From: Chara braunii
Lineage: Eukaryota > Plantae > Charophyceae
Direction: 5' to 3'
Assembly: GCA_003427395.1 (NCBI GenBank)
Contig: BFEA01000006.1
Span: 2,944,891 to 3,007,232, forward strand
Length of the DNA stretch: 62,342 nucleotides
Shown here piece by piece: positions 26,071-39,501 of the stretch. The position numbers and the translations under genes are program-made. Position 1 is the first letter of the stretch, and each line of letters starts with the position of its first letter. The notes under the pieces were generated by a model, which saw nothing but the letters and a program-made list of their open reading frames with translations, was not told the origin of the DNA and searched no databases.

Positions 26071-26578
26071 GAATTTCGTTGGCACCTTGACACAGGCAAG
26101 AACCACCACCGGGCCCACCAAGAGGAGCGCGTGTTCAAGGCCCTCGACTGCAGTGACGACCATCCGTGTCCGGCGATGCAGCACTTGGGCCAGGCCCGTC
26201 GACATCAGCCTCGAAACCGTCGACAAGGGCAAACGTGACATTAAAATAAAACTAAAAATAAAAATAAAAATTTAATACAAGAAACAAAAAGGTAAACGGA
26301 AAGGGCCGTTGTCGCTGGCCTTCGACGTCGCGCACCCCGAGACCTTGCAGGGTTGCACCTCCTCGTCGACACACCGCGCGTGCCGCTCATCCGAGCGAGG
26401 ACTTTGACTTTCTCACGCACACATGTCGTCTACCATGGGCGAGGCCACACCAGTGTGACGTGCAAAAGCACGCCAAATACGCCAAATACCCTTGTAAGGG
26501 TATTTGGTACGACAATGCTTTCCCTGCACCAAGGTCCAACCGGCACCAACGGCCCGTTGGATGCAACAAAGGAGTAGC

Positions 26579-26656
26579 GAACGTGACAAACTGGAAGGGA
26601 AAACCCTAGCGAATGTGACAAACTGGAAGGGAAAACCCTAGGGAACGTGACAAACT
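26579..26656. repeat. ~32-bp tandem repeat, about 2.5 copies
   Basis: gaa(c/t)gtgacaaactggaagggaaaaccctag units. Confidence 0.8.
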
Positions 26657-26870
26657 CTTGTATGGCACCTATCGAATGCGACGGACTGTCTTGCAGCCCT
26701 GTTCTGCGGCTGATGGCTTTTGCGTGCGCTCGAAGATGCCCTGTGTGTGTGTGCGTGTTGTGGTGGAGAGCTACCGTGAAGGCCCCTCGAAGGTTCTTGG
26801 ACAATGCGGGAAGCCGGTGAATGCAACTACAGGATGGGCGACTCAGGTTAGTAAGTTTTGTCTCTGTCCC

Positions 26871-26912
26871 CTGTGTGTGTGTGTGTGTGATTGAGAGCAA
26901 GCGACACACACA

Positions 26913-26984
<72 letters not shown>

Positions 26985-26985
26985 T
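26871..26985. repeat. (TG)n/(CA)n microsatellites next to the gap at 26990-27535
   Basis: Read directly from the sequence. Confidence 0.95.
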
Positions 26986-28191
26986 AGAGNNNNNNNNNNN
27001 NNNNNNNNNNNNNNNNNNNNNNNNNNNNNNNNNNNNNNNNNNNNNNNNNNNNNNNNNNNNNNNNNNNNNNNNNNNNNNNNNNNNNNNNNNNNNNNNNNNN
27101 NNNNNNNNNNNNNNNNNNNNNNNNNNNNNNNNNNNNNNNNNNNNNNNNNNNNNNNNNNNNNNNNNNNNNNNNNNNNNNNNNNNNNNNNNNNNNNNNNNNN
27201 NNNNNNNNNNNNNNNNNNNNNNNNNNNNNNNNNNNNNNNNNNNNNNNNNNNNNNNNNNNNNNNNNNNNNNNNNNNNNNNNNNNNNNNNNNNNNNNNNNNN
27301 NNNNNNNNNNNNNNNNNNNNNNNNNNNNNNNNNNNNNNNNNNNNNNNNNNNNNNNNNNNNNNNNNNNNNNNNNNNNNNNNNNNNNNNNNNNNNNNNNNNN
27401 NNNNNNNNNNNNNNNNNNNNNNNNNNNNNNNNNNNNNNNNNNNNNNNNNNNNNNNNNNNNNNNNNNNNNNNNNNNNNNNNNNNNNNNNNNNNNNNNNNNN
27501 NNNNNNNNNNNNNNNNNNNNNNNNNNNNNNNNNNNCCTTCCGCCTTTGCCCGTTGTTCCCTCCATGCCTCCTCTTCTGCCCCTCCATTTCCCCCCTCCTC
27601 CGCCCGCCATTTCCCCACTGCTTCTGCTCGCTGGCCCACCATTTCCCCCCCTCCACTGGGTGCCCCGCCACGTCGCCCCTCCGCCTCCGCCCGCCCTTTT
27701 CCGCCTCCACCCGTCCTTATCCGCCTCCACCCTCCCTTTTCCCCCTCCGGGCGCAACTTCCCTTCCCCCCCCCTTCTGCTGGCTGCCCTGCCATTTCCAC
27801 CCTCCCCTTCCGCTTGCCTCCCCTCCCCTTTCGCTCCCTTCTGCTCCGCTCCTGTCCTGCTGCTCGCCATTGCCACCGGCTGCCATCTCCCCCCTCCGCT
27901 TCCGCTCGTCTCCCCTGTGCTTACGCTCGTCATCTCGGCTCGCCTCCCCTGTGCATGTCTCACCTTTTTTTTTTTTTCCAAACATTGTACTCCTGTTTTT
28001 TTTTTGTGACTTTTTTTTTTTTAATGGACAAATGATCGTGTTTTCATGTGGTTGCATTTTTCTTTCCATCTGTGTTTAGCTGCTTGGTAAGTTTTCCGGA
28101 TTTCTGCCACCGATTCCTTGCTGTTCGCGCTTTGGCCGGTTCCCTCCTGTTCACACTTTGTGCATGTGGATTTTCATTTTGCACACTCCAG

Positions 28192-31100
28192 GTTGGACAT
28201 CGCGGTTCCCTGCACATGGCGAAGGAGGTGTCTGCAGTAGCGACTCTGCCTTAGAAACACCAGCACAAAGCAGAGAAGCAACTCTTCCTCCCTCACGTAA
28301 CCCTCCCAAAAAACGTGCACAGCCGTACAGAGAAGCCCTGATGCTCCAGAAACTCGATGCAGAACCTTTTCTGTTGTCTTGCTCTTTGCCCAGACTTCGA
28401 ACGCTTCTTGTCACCCAACTGCAAAGGACCTTAGAATTTGCAGAGAATGAGTACCCTCCAACCCCTCCAAAACGTCGTAAGCATTACCACCAGCCCATCA
28501 GCACAGCGGAACACGTTCTTGCTGATATGCTACACACCTCCTGAATGAATCTGATGCCCTTCAGCATGATGCAAACGGCCCTGCCAGATCTACCCAATGT
28601 GTGCTTCCTCCTGTCGCTCTCACGACTCCCTGACTTGGGGACAATAAAAACAGCCGTCCATCCCCCCATCTTCTGGCCCTTGACATCCAAAATAGTGATT
28701 CTCATGCAACCGAACTGCACCATCCATCTGGGATGATGTGTTCTGGGGAACCTGACCATCGATCTTCCTGCACATACAGACGAAATTGGACACCAGTACC
28801 AACTGACAGTCCTTCGTGTCCTGTCCTCTCACCCACCCCCCCTACGCCGTGTGAAGAACAAAGAGAGCGCAGGATGATGGCAAATAGACCCGATTATATG
28901 AGAAGAACTGCTGCACGTGCTCATGAAAGAAAACAACAGCTGCTAGGAGATATACACACCTTCCACACACCGTCTCTACCTGTCCAACCGGCCAATGCCG
29001 CAGTCTACACAACAGACATGCTGCCTGTTCAACCTCAGAATGACCGTTCCGCTGAGGATGCTTTTCCCGACAGCCCGAAGCGGGCTGCTACCTTACCGTT
29101 ACATGCTGTGCTCTCCTCGACTCTGCAGTCCGCTGCCTTATCGTTCCATGCTCTTCCTTCCTCCGCTCCCTCCAGTTCAAATGATGAACACCGGGAGTGC
29201 AGGAAGATGGCCAATAAACGTTATTATAAAAAGAAATGTGATGCGCGTGCAGATGACACATGGCAACACGAGCTGCTTGATACAACACAATTGCCTTCGG
29301 TGGTGCACACCCCTTCTCTTACTTTTGCCCTTGACACACAATCACGCCATGCTTTCCAGCCTGTTCCTGTGTCATCCACCCCTGCTGTTCCAGAAACACC
29401 TGTTCCTGTGCCATCCACCCCTGCTGCTCCCTTACAACCGAATTGCAGCTCTTCAATTGTTGAACCACTTGAAACGCCACTGTCAGACGTTCACATCGAA
29501 CGTGAACATTATGTTCCTATACACACAAGCAATAACACAGTATGCACAACAAGCACACATCTATCCTCCAATTGAAGAGTCTTTTCCTGATAGTCCAATG
29601 GTGCCTGCTGCTGCTCCGTCATCACATGCCATCCTCTCCCCATCTCCGTCTATTGCTCATGCCGAAGTGAAGGATCGCAGAAGGATGGCAAACAAACGTT
29701 ATTATAACAAAAAATGTGATGATCGTGCACAAGAAGCAAGGCATCGCCATCTGCAACGTGCACAACTATTGCCTGTCCAGGATGTCCTTCAGACTACTCC
29801 ACGACAATCTGCTCGTGTGGCACTGCTATCCACCACTCCTGCTACCACTGTGCAGCGTACCGAAATCACAGTCATGGGACAGGCGAATTCCTCGACGCAT
29901 CTCCCCCCTTCCCAAGCCTCACCCACCCCTACTTTTGAATCTGAACCAAGCAGCACCACATCGTTTGCGGAATCAATGCATGAAGTTCACGTGACAGACC
30001 AGCATTCCCAACGACATCCAAACTGCACATCTACTTTTATGACCCCAGTGCCCCTACAACCAACTGACGACCGGGAATGGTCCATGGAAATCAATTGACC
30101 AACATCAAGAAGACGAACTGATGGTGGACTTGACAGAATTGCTGATACTACGCATGCACGCATTCGGGATTGCAGGGTAGTGATGAAGAGTGAAACACAA
30201 GGGAAAACAGGATTGCAGGGTAGTGATGAAGAGTGAAACACAAGGGAAAACAGGATTGCAGTGGAAACACAAACAGTTTTCAGTTCGTGTTGCTTTTGCA
30301 ATCACGATCAACAAAGCGCAGGGTCACACCACTTGACGTGAAGGAATTTTCTTTCATAAACCGGTTTTCTCGCATGACCCACTTCACGTTGCATTGTCTC
30401 GGACGGGGCATCCTTCTGACGTTCGTGTATGCTTGCTTGACGAGTCAAAAGGAACAAGGAATGTCGTATATAGGGAGGTTTTGCTGGGACACAAAATGTT
30501 CTTTGTTGTTTTTTCTCTCTTCGTGTCGATGGGACCCTGACAACAACAATGGAGTCGGAACACTTGCAGAAGCACAGAAAGCTTGAGTCAATAGACAACG
30601 CTGCAAGCGATACTCGTTGCCAGAAAATCTCGCCCAAGACTTAGTTAAAAGAACAAAAACGAAGAAACAGAATAGTCACTGGCAATAAATAACGACTTGG
30701 ACAATTCTGAAGACAAAACATCAAAAACCACTCCGTCCCCTCCGTCCCCCCCGCTTGCACCTCACACATCCACAACCTCCACAACAATATTGCCAAAAGA
30801 CAAAGTGATACACCAATAGGCACACCTTCCCTCGCTGAACAGATCGTCACTCTGACTAATATTCACACAATCTCGGATCAAGAAATGGCTGCCCTTGATG
30901 TGGATGTCATTGTCCATTCACAAAGAAATGTCCAACAAACACTCGTTGTTACCCAGTCTTCTCAATCTCAGCATTCTGCACTCCCGACCAACAAATCAGG
31001 ATTGCCTAATAACTCATCTGTTGTTTTGTCTACGCCAACAAACACACTGCCATAGAAAACGTTCTGCCAAAGAACTTTGGAATTCCCTGGCCAAAATGCA

Positions 31101-31756
31101 CGTACACAGGCTCAAACCTCGGGTCTGGTCCTTGACTGGCACAAGCTTGCACTTGAGATTGGTATCCCCAATCTCATTAATGTCCTGCTTTGGTAGTACT
31201 TTGTTGTCCAGTCTCTCGCTGCGACAGATATAAATCTGCAGTTCGAAGGCTACAAATCTGGAAGAATCAGAACTCGGCTTCCCAGAGGAGTGGTCAATTA
31301 CAGCGCGGGTAATCACAAACACGGCCAGGCGGTTCTAAACAACTTGCTGGTTGAAGATCACATACTTGCCAACAATGGAATACCTTTATCGAATTATAGA
31401 TACTATAAAGGGTTCGCAAGATTTACCAAAAGCACAAAGCGCAATGAACTCCTGAACGAACTCCGTATTAATAGATCATCCAATTGGATAATAACAAAAG
31501 GAAATACACAATCAACCTCAAGATAAAAACACTTTGCGATCCGAACACTTGGGACTACGTCGACACACTCTTGAAAATCACATACTCACGGCAACTTCAG
31601 TATCATCACATGGCATTTGATGACTACAGAGAGATGATTGTGCGACGGATTGCCACAGAGCTCACTTCAGAACAGCAGTGGGTCTACACAAGGAACCTCA
31701 ACGGACACATCCGAGGTAAAATCGTGCTTGCCAACACAGGCTATATGATTCAAGAG
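28192..31756 (+). pseudogene. Decayed spliced gene of unknown product with internal repeated modules
   Basis: Donor gtaagt at ~28087, acceptor cactccAG at 28191, donor gtaaga at ~31757. Long broken ORFs 28733-30098 contain repeated FPDSP...MANKRYY.KKCD.RA modules. Globular-looking pieces at 31290-31756. Confidence 0.4.
30167..30261. repeat. ~43-bp tandem duplication
   Basis: ggattgcagggtagtgatgaagagtgaaacacaagggaaaaca occurs twice. Confidence 0.9.
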
Positions 31757-32529
31757 GTAAGACCCCTGCAAAACAGGTGCCCACCCTCTTTTCCCTTGCA
31801 AGTGAAGCTGCAACAGGTCATCTAGTCCCTACAGTTACAGAAATTGCTATTCGGCACGTGAGATTTGGTCGGATCTGCCCGACGGTTCGGATTTCCACGC
31901 GATCTTAAAGACTTTAAGACTTTAAGATCGCTTCTTTAAGATCGTGTGGCAATGCAGACTGTCCGCTTTGTCGGACGACCTGGATCATCGCACGGTCTTA
32001 AAATCTTAAGATCACGCGATGATCTCTACCGTGGAGCTGGACGACGGTCCGCATCAACACGTCCGTTGGAAAGAGGACCTGCACAAGCCGGTAGGTAGTT
32101 GAAAAAAACGTCAGGCCTTACGCCCAGTGCCTGTTGGGCATTGGCCCCCTGATGGCCCATTGAGTTCAGGGTTTGGCCATAATCTGTGTGCGACCCGCCG
32201 ACAAACTCTATAGGATGCGCTGCATCGTAACAAAGTCGACAAACGCCTTACACGAACAGACTCCTCTACGCTTGGACACACACATGCTCGCGCAAAAGCA
32301 AGCATGCACATGGACATACACACACGCACTCATGTATGCACTTGCATTTTAGACACACACATGCCCACGTATGTACGCACTTGCATCCTGGACACACACA
32401 TGCCTACGCATGTATGCACCTGCATCCTGGGCAGATTGTCGAGGTTCAACCTCCTCATGAGTCGGTGAAAGTCCGGCGAAACAGTCTGACACAATCATTC
32501 TTCCTTTTGCGGAGTTATGCATGGCGAAT

Positions 32530-32571
32530 GCGCACGCACACGAACATGCACACGCACACACACACACATCG

Positions 32572-32615
<44 letters not shown>

Positions 32616-32809
32616 CAACGCACATGCACACATCCACGCACACACACACCCATCCATGTGCACACACATACACACACACTCTTACATGCACGCACATACA
32701 CACACCACATAATAACGAACATGGCAAATACATTATGTGTGTATGTGTGTGTGTGTGTGTGTGTGTATGTGTGTGTGTGTGTGTGTGCGTGCGCGCGCAC
32801 AAGAGAGAG

Positions 32810-32840
<31 letters not shown>
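32530..32840. repeat. Compound (CA)n/(TG)n/(AG)n microsatellite
   Basis: Read directly from the sequence; abuts the LTR. Confidence 0.95.
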
Positions 32841-32841
<1 letters not shown>

Positions 32842-32845
<4 letters not shown>

Positions 32846-34065
32846 CAGTTGGGCAATGTACGTAGAGCCAAGGATCCGCAATGTGATAAAAAGGACTGAA
32901 TGGACAATACAATGTCAGTTGAGCATCAACAAGCAATGTACACCTTGATATATACAAAATGGCACATAATAGCGCAACAAAAGACTTTAAGATAGGTCCT
33001 GACCTGACCGGGACTGACACGACATCCCATCATACATCACACATGTAAGAGGAGGAGGAGGGACCGCACACGAGGAAGAAGGGTCCCTCCTTGTACACAC
33101 ATATGGGGAGGTACCACAAACGAGAGATGGGAAGAGAGCGAGCGACGAAGATGAAGGTAGGTCGCAATAGCGAAGTCGAAAAATAGTCTCTTGCCGATGT
33201 CCAATCAATGTCTGTCTCAGAAATGTCGAATCAGATCCTGGGCGCCATGCCCATGGTAACCCCCTGCCTGTATCGTCTGCGTGTAACCACTTTTACCCTC
33301 GTATCTGAAGAAGAAGAAGAAAAAGAAAAAGAAGGAGAGAGGAGAGAGAGAGAGATGGAGGGGGAGACGAAGAGATCGTCCTCCCTACTGTCTCACCTGC
33401 AGGAAAACTGTCGTCACTGACTACCGCGTGGTTGTGGTCTTCTGCAGGTTGCGAGTAGAGTCCCAGCTATGACGCCAAGTAAGTCCGTTGTCCGCAGGTA
33501 TGGCCTCCGCCCTCGCCTGCGTACTCCCCTACCTCTAGTTCGCAGCGCAGTGCTGGTCGAGCAGTATGTTGCTTGAGAAGTGAGCTACCCGAACTGTGCC
33601 CGGCCCAACCGCTGTCCAGCTATATGTAGCACTGGGCGGCCGGAGCTACCCGGTGCTGGCCTTAGAAACGGCCCAGCTAGTCTGGGTCCCTACCGGATGT
33701 CCAGACCATGCTGCTGATGCAGCAGGCGCAAAAACGAGCTAGGCCTGGATCAGGCCTTGTTCCTATGCACCTGGCCAAAGGCGCTGCCTTGGTGCATGAG
33801 ATCCGAAACGGTACCGGTACCGTTGAGTCGAGCGCCAAAACATCCTTGGTTTCGGGAGGGTCTCGCGTCTCTATACCTAGCCCAAGGCGTTGCCTTGGGG
33901 TTTGCAAGTCCGAAACATCGTCTGCACAGATAAGGGACAAGGCAAGGGTAAGTAGATAAATAAATAAATAAATATTGTCGCCTTTATGTGAAATTTGCGG
34001 CCTGGGGTCGCCATGGGCCTCCAAGGCGCATGAAATGGGCCCGTGTGCAGGCGCAGCATGTAACA
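32842..34065 (-). repeat. 3' LTR of Gypsy element 2
   Basis: TG...CA ends; repeat of 39502-40746. Confidence 0.88.
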
Positions 34066-34169
34066 CCCCCCCCTCCTTATGAAATCGAGCCGGGTCGAGG
34101 GCGAAGCTGACGATCTAATGGTGGAACCTAGACGTGGGTGCGAAGTGGAGCCGAAGATACCGGCTTGCC

Positions 34170-37100
34170 TTGCCTCTTGCGTTCGTAGCATGCGAGAACA
34201 TCCGGTGTTGTTGCTTGGAGTTCCGCACGAGTCAACCAACGATCATCTTTGTGTGTGCAGTACGCAAAGTGTATTCAGTCGGCCTGTTGCCGTAGCGTTG
34301 CTGGGAGATGATGTTGCCGACCTCTTGAAAATCGTTCATACTGGGTGGGTCTTGCGATCGTCGCCCGGGAAAGTCGTCATGTTCCGCTGGCGTGTAAAGA
34401 GCCAACTTGGAGCAATGAAAGACCGGGTAGACGGGCAAGTGGGCGGGCACCTAAATGATGAAGGAATGTCCTTCGGGTGCATCCCCCTCGGGTGCCACGA
34501 TCAGCCAGGGCCCCATCCATTCCGGGAGGAGCTTGCGAGAGATATCTTGTTCGAGGCTGAACTCCGAGGCGGAAACCCAAACAAGATCGCCGGCGCGGAA
34601 TGGACAAGGAGGACACTGGCGATTGGTGTGTTGGCTCATGCCTTGCTGCGTCTTAACCATCTCGTCGTGTGCCTTGACAAGTAGCTCTTGCATCCGACGC
34701 AAGAAGAGAAGATGGTCGTCGCTCGCGGTCGCTCGTGGAATGATTGTGTCCAACAGAGAAGTGACCGGCGAACCGTGCTCGAACTCGAAGGGCGACATCC
34801 CGATAGCCTGGTGGATGGACGAGTTGTATGCCAACTCGACATCCGGCAACCGCTCAACCCAATCCTTTTGGTCGGGACGGATGAGAGTGCGAAGGAGAAC
34901 CTGTGCGGTCTGATGCGCCCTCTCCTTTTGGCCATCGGTTTGGGGGTGGCGCGCCGAACTTGGCTTGAGAGATGAGCCCCATTGTTTGATAAGCGCCAAC
35001 CAAAAATCGGACATGAACCGAGTGTCGTTGTCACATACGATTTCCTTGGGGTAACCCTTGCTTCGAATCCAACCGGCGTAAAGAACCTCGGCCAACTCCG
35101 GTGCCTTGGCCTGATAGCGGCAAGGCAAAAACATGGCGAACTTGGTGAGTCGGTCGACCACCGTGAGAATCCCATCCACACCTGTCTTGGGCTTGGGGAA
35201 CGGCCCGGTAATGTCCATGGCAATCGCTCCCTTCGGCGCAAGGGGACCGGTAATGGTCGCAACGCGCGGTACGGACGATGATTGCGAGATTTGCAGCATC
35301 GGCAAACCTCACATGACTCGCAATAGTGTGTGACTTCGCCGAGAAGGCCGGGCCACCAAAAGCGCTCACGAAATCGGCCAATCGTTCGATTGACTCCAAA
35401 GTGTTCGGTGGCGGGAGCATCGTGGAACTCACCAAGAAGCCGTGTACGCAAGTGAGAGTCACTTGGTACGCAAAGAAGGTCCTTCCCCCGCGTGTGGACA
35501 AGCAAGTACCCCTCTTGGATCCGGTAGTGAGAAGGCGCCGAATTAGGAGAAGAGCAATTTGCATACTTCTCGAGAAACTCGAGGTCGGCTTGGTAGCCGC
35601 AGATGAAGCTGTCCTGCAGGTCGTCGTCGATCTCGAAAGTCGAGTAGATTGCGGTACAATGATCTGGATACCGTGAAAGAGCATCCGCAAAACGGTTAGG
35701 CTTCCCCGAAATGTGATCGGGAAGGAAGTCGAATTGGTCAATGAAAGCCATCCAACGGGCAATCGTGCTATTGATAGTGTTTTGGGTCTTGTAGAAGACC
35801 AAGGGATTGTTGTCTGGTACACATCGGAATTGACTTTGACCAAGGAGGAAGTGCCACCACACCTTGAGCGCATGGACGAAGGCTAGGAGCTCCTTGCGTG
35901 CATCATCAAAGGAGTGCAGGGCGGGCACTTTCTTTCTGAAGTATTCAACCAGGTGCCAGTCCACGCCATCGCGTTGTTCGAGGATGGCACCAATGCCATA
36001 GTTGGACGCATCCGTAGTGACACGCGTTGGCAATAGCGGGTCGTATTTGCGCAAGGCTTCCGCGAATAATAACGCGGCTTTGAGGGCCAAAAATGATTCT
36101 CGCGCATCCTCTCCGAAATCGAATGGTCGATCCTCGCATTGAAGCTTGGTTAAATGAGCCGCAATCTTCGAGTATCCTTTTATGAAACATTGGTAGTAGC
36201 CGGCAAGGTCAAGAAACGACCAGACATCCGTGATGTTCCGCGGCTCTGGCCACTCTTTGATGGCTTAAATCTTGTCCGACGACGGACTGATGCCCTCCAG
36301 TGTGACAAAATGGCCCAAGTATTTGAACTCTTGCCGAACAAATTCACACTTGTCGCGGTTGGCCCTGTACTTGGTGCGGTGGAGCGTCTCCAACACTCGT
36401 CAAAGGTGCTCAAAATGATCCTCCCATGTACGGCCGTAGACGAGAATGTCGTCTAAGTAGACCTGTACGAACCGGTCCAACATCGCACGAAACTTGTTGG
36501 TCGTTGCCACTTGAAAGGTTGTCGGGGCATTGGTGAGGCCAAAAGGCATGACCACCCACTCAAAATGCCCATACCGCGTCTTGAAGGCGGATTTATAGCG
36601 ATCGTTCGGCCGGATCGAAATCTGATGGTACCCTGACTTCAAATCCAACTTAGAGAAGTACTTCGCGCCGCCAAATCACTCAAGAAGATCGTCAATACGA
36701 GGAAGAGGCCCCGTATTTTTGGCGGTTTGCGCGTTGAGCTTGCGATAGTCGATCCACAATCGTACATACTTGTTCTTCTTCCGTACAAAGAGAACTGGCG
36801 CTCCATATGGTGAGCTACTAAAGCGGATCCAACCCTTGTCCAACAAGTCGTCGAGTTGCGGGCGGAGGACCGTAATCTCCTCCTCGCTCATGCGATAAAT
36901 GCAACCTTTCGGCGGCACGACACCGGCCTCAAGAATGATCTCGTGAGAGATCAACCGATCCGACACCATTTCGGTAGGTGACTCGAAGATGTCGGCAAAC
37001 TTGTCAAGCAACCGCACCACACGGGGGTTCGAAGACAAGTCTGTGGGGGAAGAGTCGGCTACCGCGACGGTTCGTAGGACGCATAGGCCTATCTCATCAG

Positions 37101-39490
37101 GCTGCTCGTAAGCGCAAGTAGCCCGGAACGACTTGGTCGTCACCACTTGGCACCGGATCGAAGGGTGGGGAAGAGGAATAGTACACGGTACTTTGGGACC
37201 GAAGGCGTCCCGGACGGTAAGAGTCCGCTGGTGGAAGTTGACCGTGTGATCCGCACTTGCAAGCCAAGGCATTCCCAATGTGATATTGAAGTCTGTGTCG
37301 AAAATGTCGAACGTCACCGGTTCGCATGCATGAGGTGTGAAATACATCGGACGACTTCGATATAGTGGTCAAGAAGTGTTGCGTTTTTCCGTCCGCCAAC
37401 TTGATTGTCGTTGGGTTTGTCTTCCGTCGAACTTGTGCACCTAGGCCAGCCTTTTGCATAAAGGCTTGGCTCATGAAATTGCAAGACGCGCCGCTATCCA
37501 GCAAAGCGCTTCAGGACGGTTGCCCAACTTGGATGTGGACATAGAAGAGCGGTGCGTTGTTGTCGTCGTACCGCTGCTTGCGAAACTTGCGGGCCACCAG
37601 GGTAACATACGCAAGGATGTCCCCCACCACAGCTTCGTCATCCGTTGACGAAGTTGGTGGTGCATAGAAGTATAAGTACGTGCGGAGATGAGCGCAAAAT
37701 GCTGTGCATTGCGGTCCCGACAAGCGGCCCGTGGTCGGGAGAGGAAGCCATGCGAAATCCTCGGACGTGAGCGGGTCCAATACCTCTATGTTGAACTCGC
37801 GCGCCGAATCCCATTAAGAACCACTTGAAAACGATATGTCGCCAGTTCCGAACGGAGAAGATGGCGCTCACACGTCTCGTCCTTGAGCATGAGTACCCAG
37901 CGTAGGAACCAGCCGGGCAGCATAGTCCTCGTACAAATATAGAAGAGGACTATTGACTTTCGCATGTGCCTTGGAACGAAGGGCGGTCACCCGCGAAGCA
38001 ACCGGTACTGAAGGTGTCGGGAGTGTCGTCAACTCACTCCCGGTGGTGCTCAGTTTCCCTACTTGCCCTTGCCGTGAGGCAGCAAAGGGCAGCCCACTGT
38101 TGCGTGGAGATCGCTGTTGCACCACAAGCAATAGCCGAATTTCGTGCGTAACTTGTACATGCTCTCCAAAAGACCATAGTGGGTCCAGGGATCTTGAGCT
38201 GCTGCGCCGGGCCCGGGGAATGTGGTGTTTGTCTTCGATTTTCCGCGTCCTCAGCCTCTGCTAGGGCGACCACCATCCCGGGCGGCTGCGAGTCTGTCCC
38301 CTTCATTGGTAGACACGGTCTCGCTTGAGGGGTCGGTCAACATCGTCGCCGCGACCACGACCACTTTCGGCCGATGCTGTTCTCTGCTCGGGCCTGTCGC
38401 AGGTGAGAGGTTCTTGGCCTCCATGTTCGTGACGATGATCTCCTCGGCCTTGTCGACGAGCTCCGCTGTTGTAGTGAGCGTGTCTGCGACTTGAGTCAGC
38501 ATCGTGGACAATGTCGGACATGACCTCGAGATGAAGTAGTGTTTCATAGCTCGAAAGCCCATTGGTGCGCCTGGTACGGATGTCAAGCGTTGGAACTTGG
38601 CAATCCAATCTCCTCCTGGCAGCGTGTTTTGGTGGAACTTGATAAGCTTGTCAATGGCTTTCATTTCCGGCGGCTCGATCTGGAACCGCTTATGCCATGC
38701 TGCCTTCAGATCCGCCCAGTTGATCTTGGTATGCAAGCCGATCGCCCCTCGCGCCGTATTTCGACAAGAGGTTGTCCAACCATGCCTGGCACGCGCCCCC
38801 CGATCGGGAGTACAAGTACGCATGGTGCTTTGCTTCGGGGACGTGGTGGAGCTGCATTTTGAGCTCGAAATGGCGGAACCAAGGAATCAGGTCCGTCTTT
38901 GTTGCGTCGCAAAAGATCTCCTGACTGTCGAACTTCGAAGTTGACACATGCTTGGGTGAGTGGCGGCAGTGCAGATCCGCTGCTCACGTTGTTGAGTCGT
39001 GGTTCGCTGTAGCTGCATGTCGTCCTTGAGTACGCCGACGTCGACTTCGAATGCGTTGAGTCGGTCGGAGGTGTTGGAGGCGTTGGCGATGGGGGCGGCG
39101 ACCGGTCGTTGCTCCAACGGCTAAAGGCGGCTGTTGACTTGATCCAACGTCCGTTGCTGGTTCTTTACCGTGTCGTCGAGGCTATGGATGTCCTCTTGCT
39201 GTGCAATGCGCGTTGCGAGGAGATCCGTGAGGTGGGAGAGCAACAACGAGATGCGTGGTCCGCTGTCGCTGAATTCGCCACCTTCGGTCTCGGTCCGCCA
39301 TGCCGCTGCCATAGTGAGCAAAGCTCGCTCCTCTCCGAATACCTTCTCGCGTCGCTGATTGCGTTCTTCATCGGCAGCCTTTGCTGTGGCCTCGTTGTGC
39401 TGGCGCTGCTGTTCGATCGCCAACAGAAATGTATTTTCGACGTCCTCCGCCTTCTTCTTCTCTGCGGCTGCTGCTGCATCCGCCCGTTGC
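34170..39490 (-). pseudogene. Gypsy gag-pol remnant
   Basis: Gag (LIPWFRHFELK...YLYSRSGGACQAWLD), LLDSGASCNFMS (protease), DLKSGYHQI...MPFGLTNAP...YLDDILVY (RT), TTDASNYGIGAIL (RNase H), FHD...HFG...CEVC and AMDITGP...VVDRLTK (integrase), MGPW/VFHCSKL. Many frameshifts. Confidence 0.93.
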
Positions 39491-39501
39491 GAACTGATAC
39501 A

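Larger units (their letters stand above)
4127..26514. mobile_element. Unclassified large non-coding element family X, copy A (TGT...ACA bounded; host of the Gypsy, PLE and MITE insertions)
   Basis: Blocks 4850-5420, 14290-14580/20400-22700 and 24500-26514 are reverse-complement homologues of 51015-57240. The right end atacccttgtaagggtatttggtacgACA matches the copy B terminus. Candidate left end TGTAGC at 4127 has ATGC on both outer flanks (4123-4126, 26515-26518). The left boundary is tentative and the span may be composite. Confidence 0.55.

Noticed and set aside
26430-28069. Long ORFs spanning gaps or microsatellites (also 12421-12993, 41524-42764, 60711-61410)
   Set aside because: Artefacts of N runs and dinucleotide repeats.
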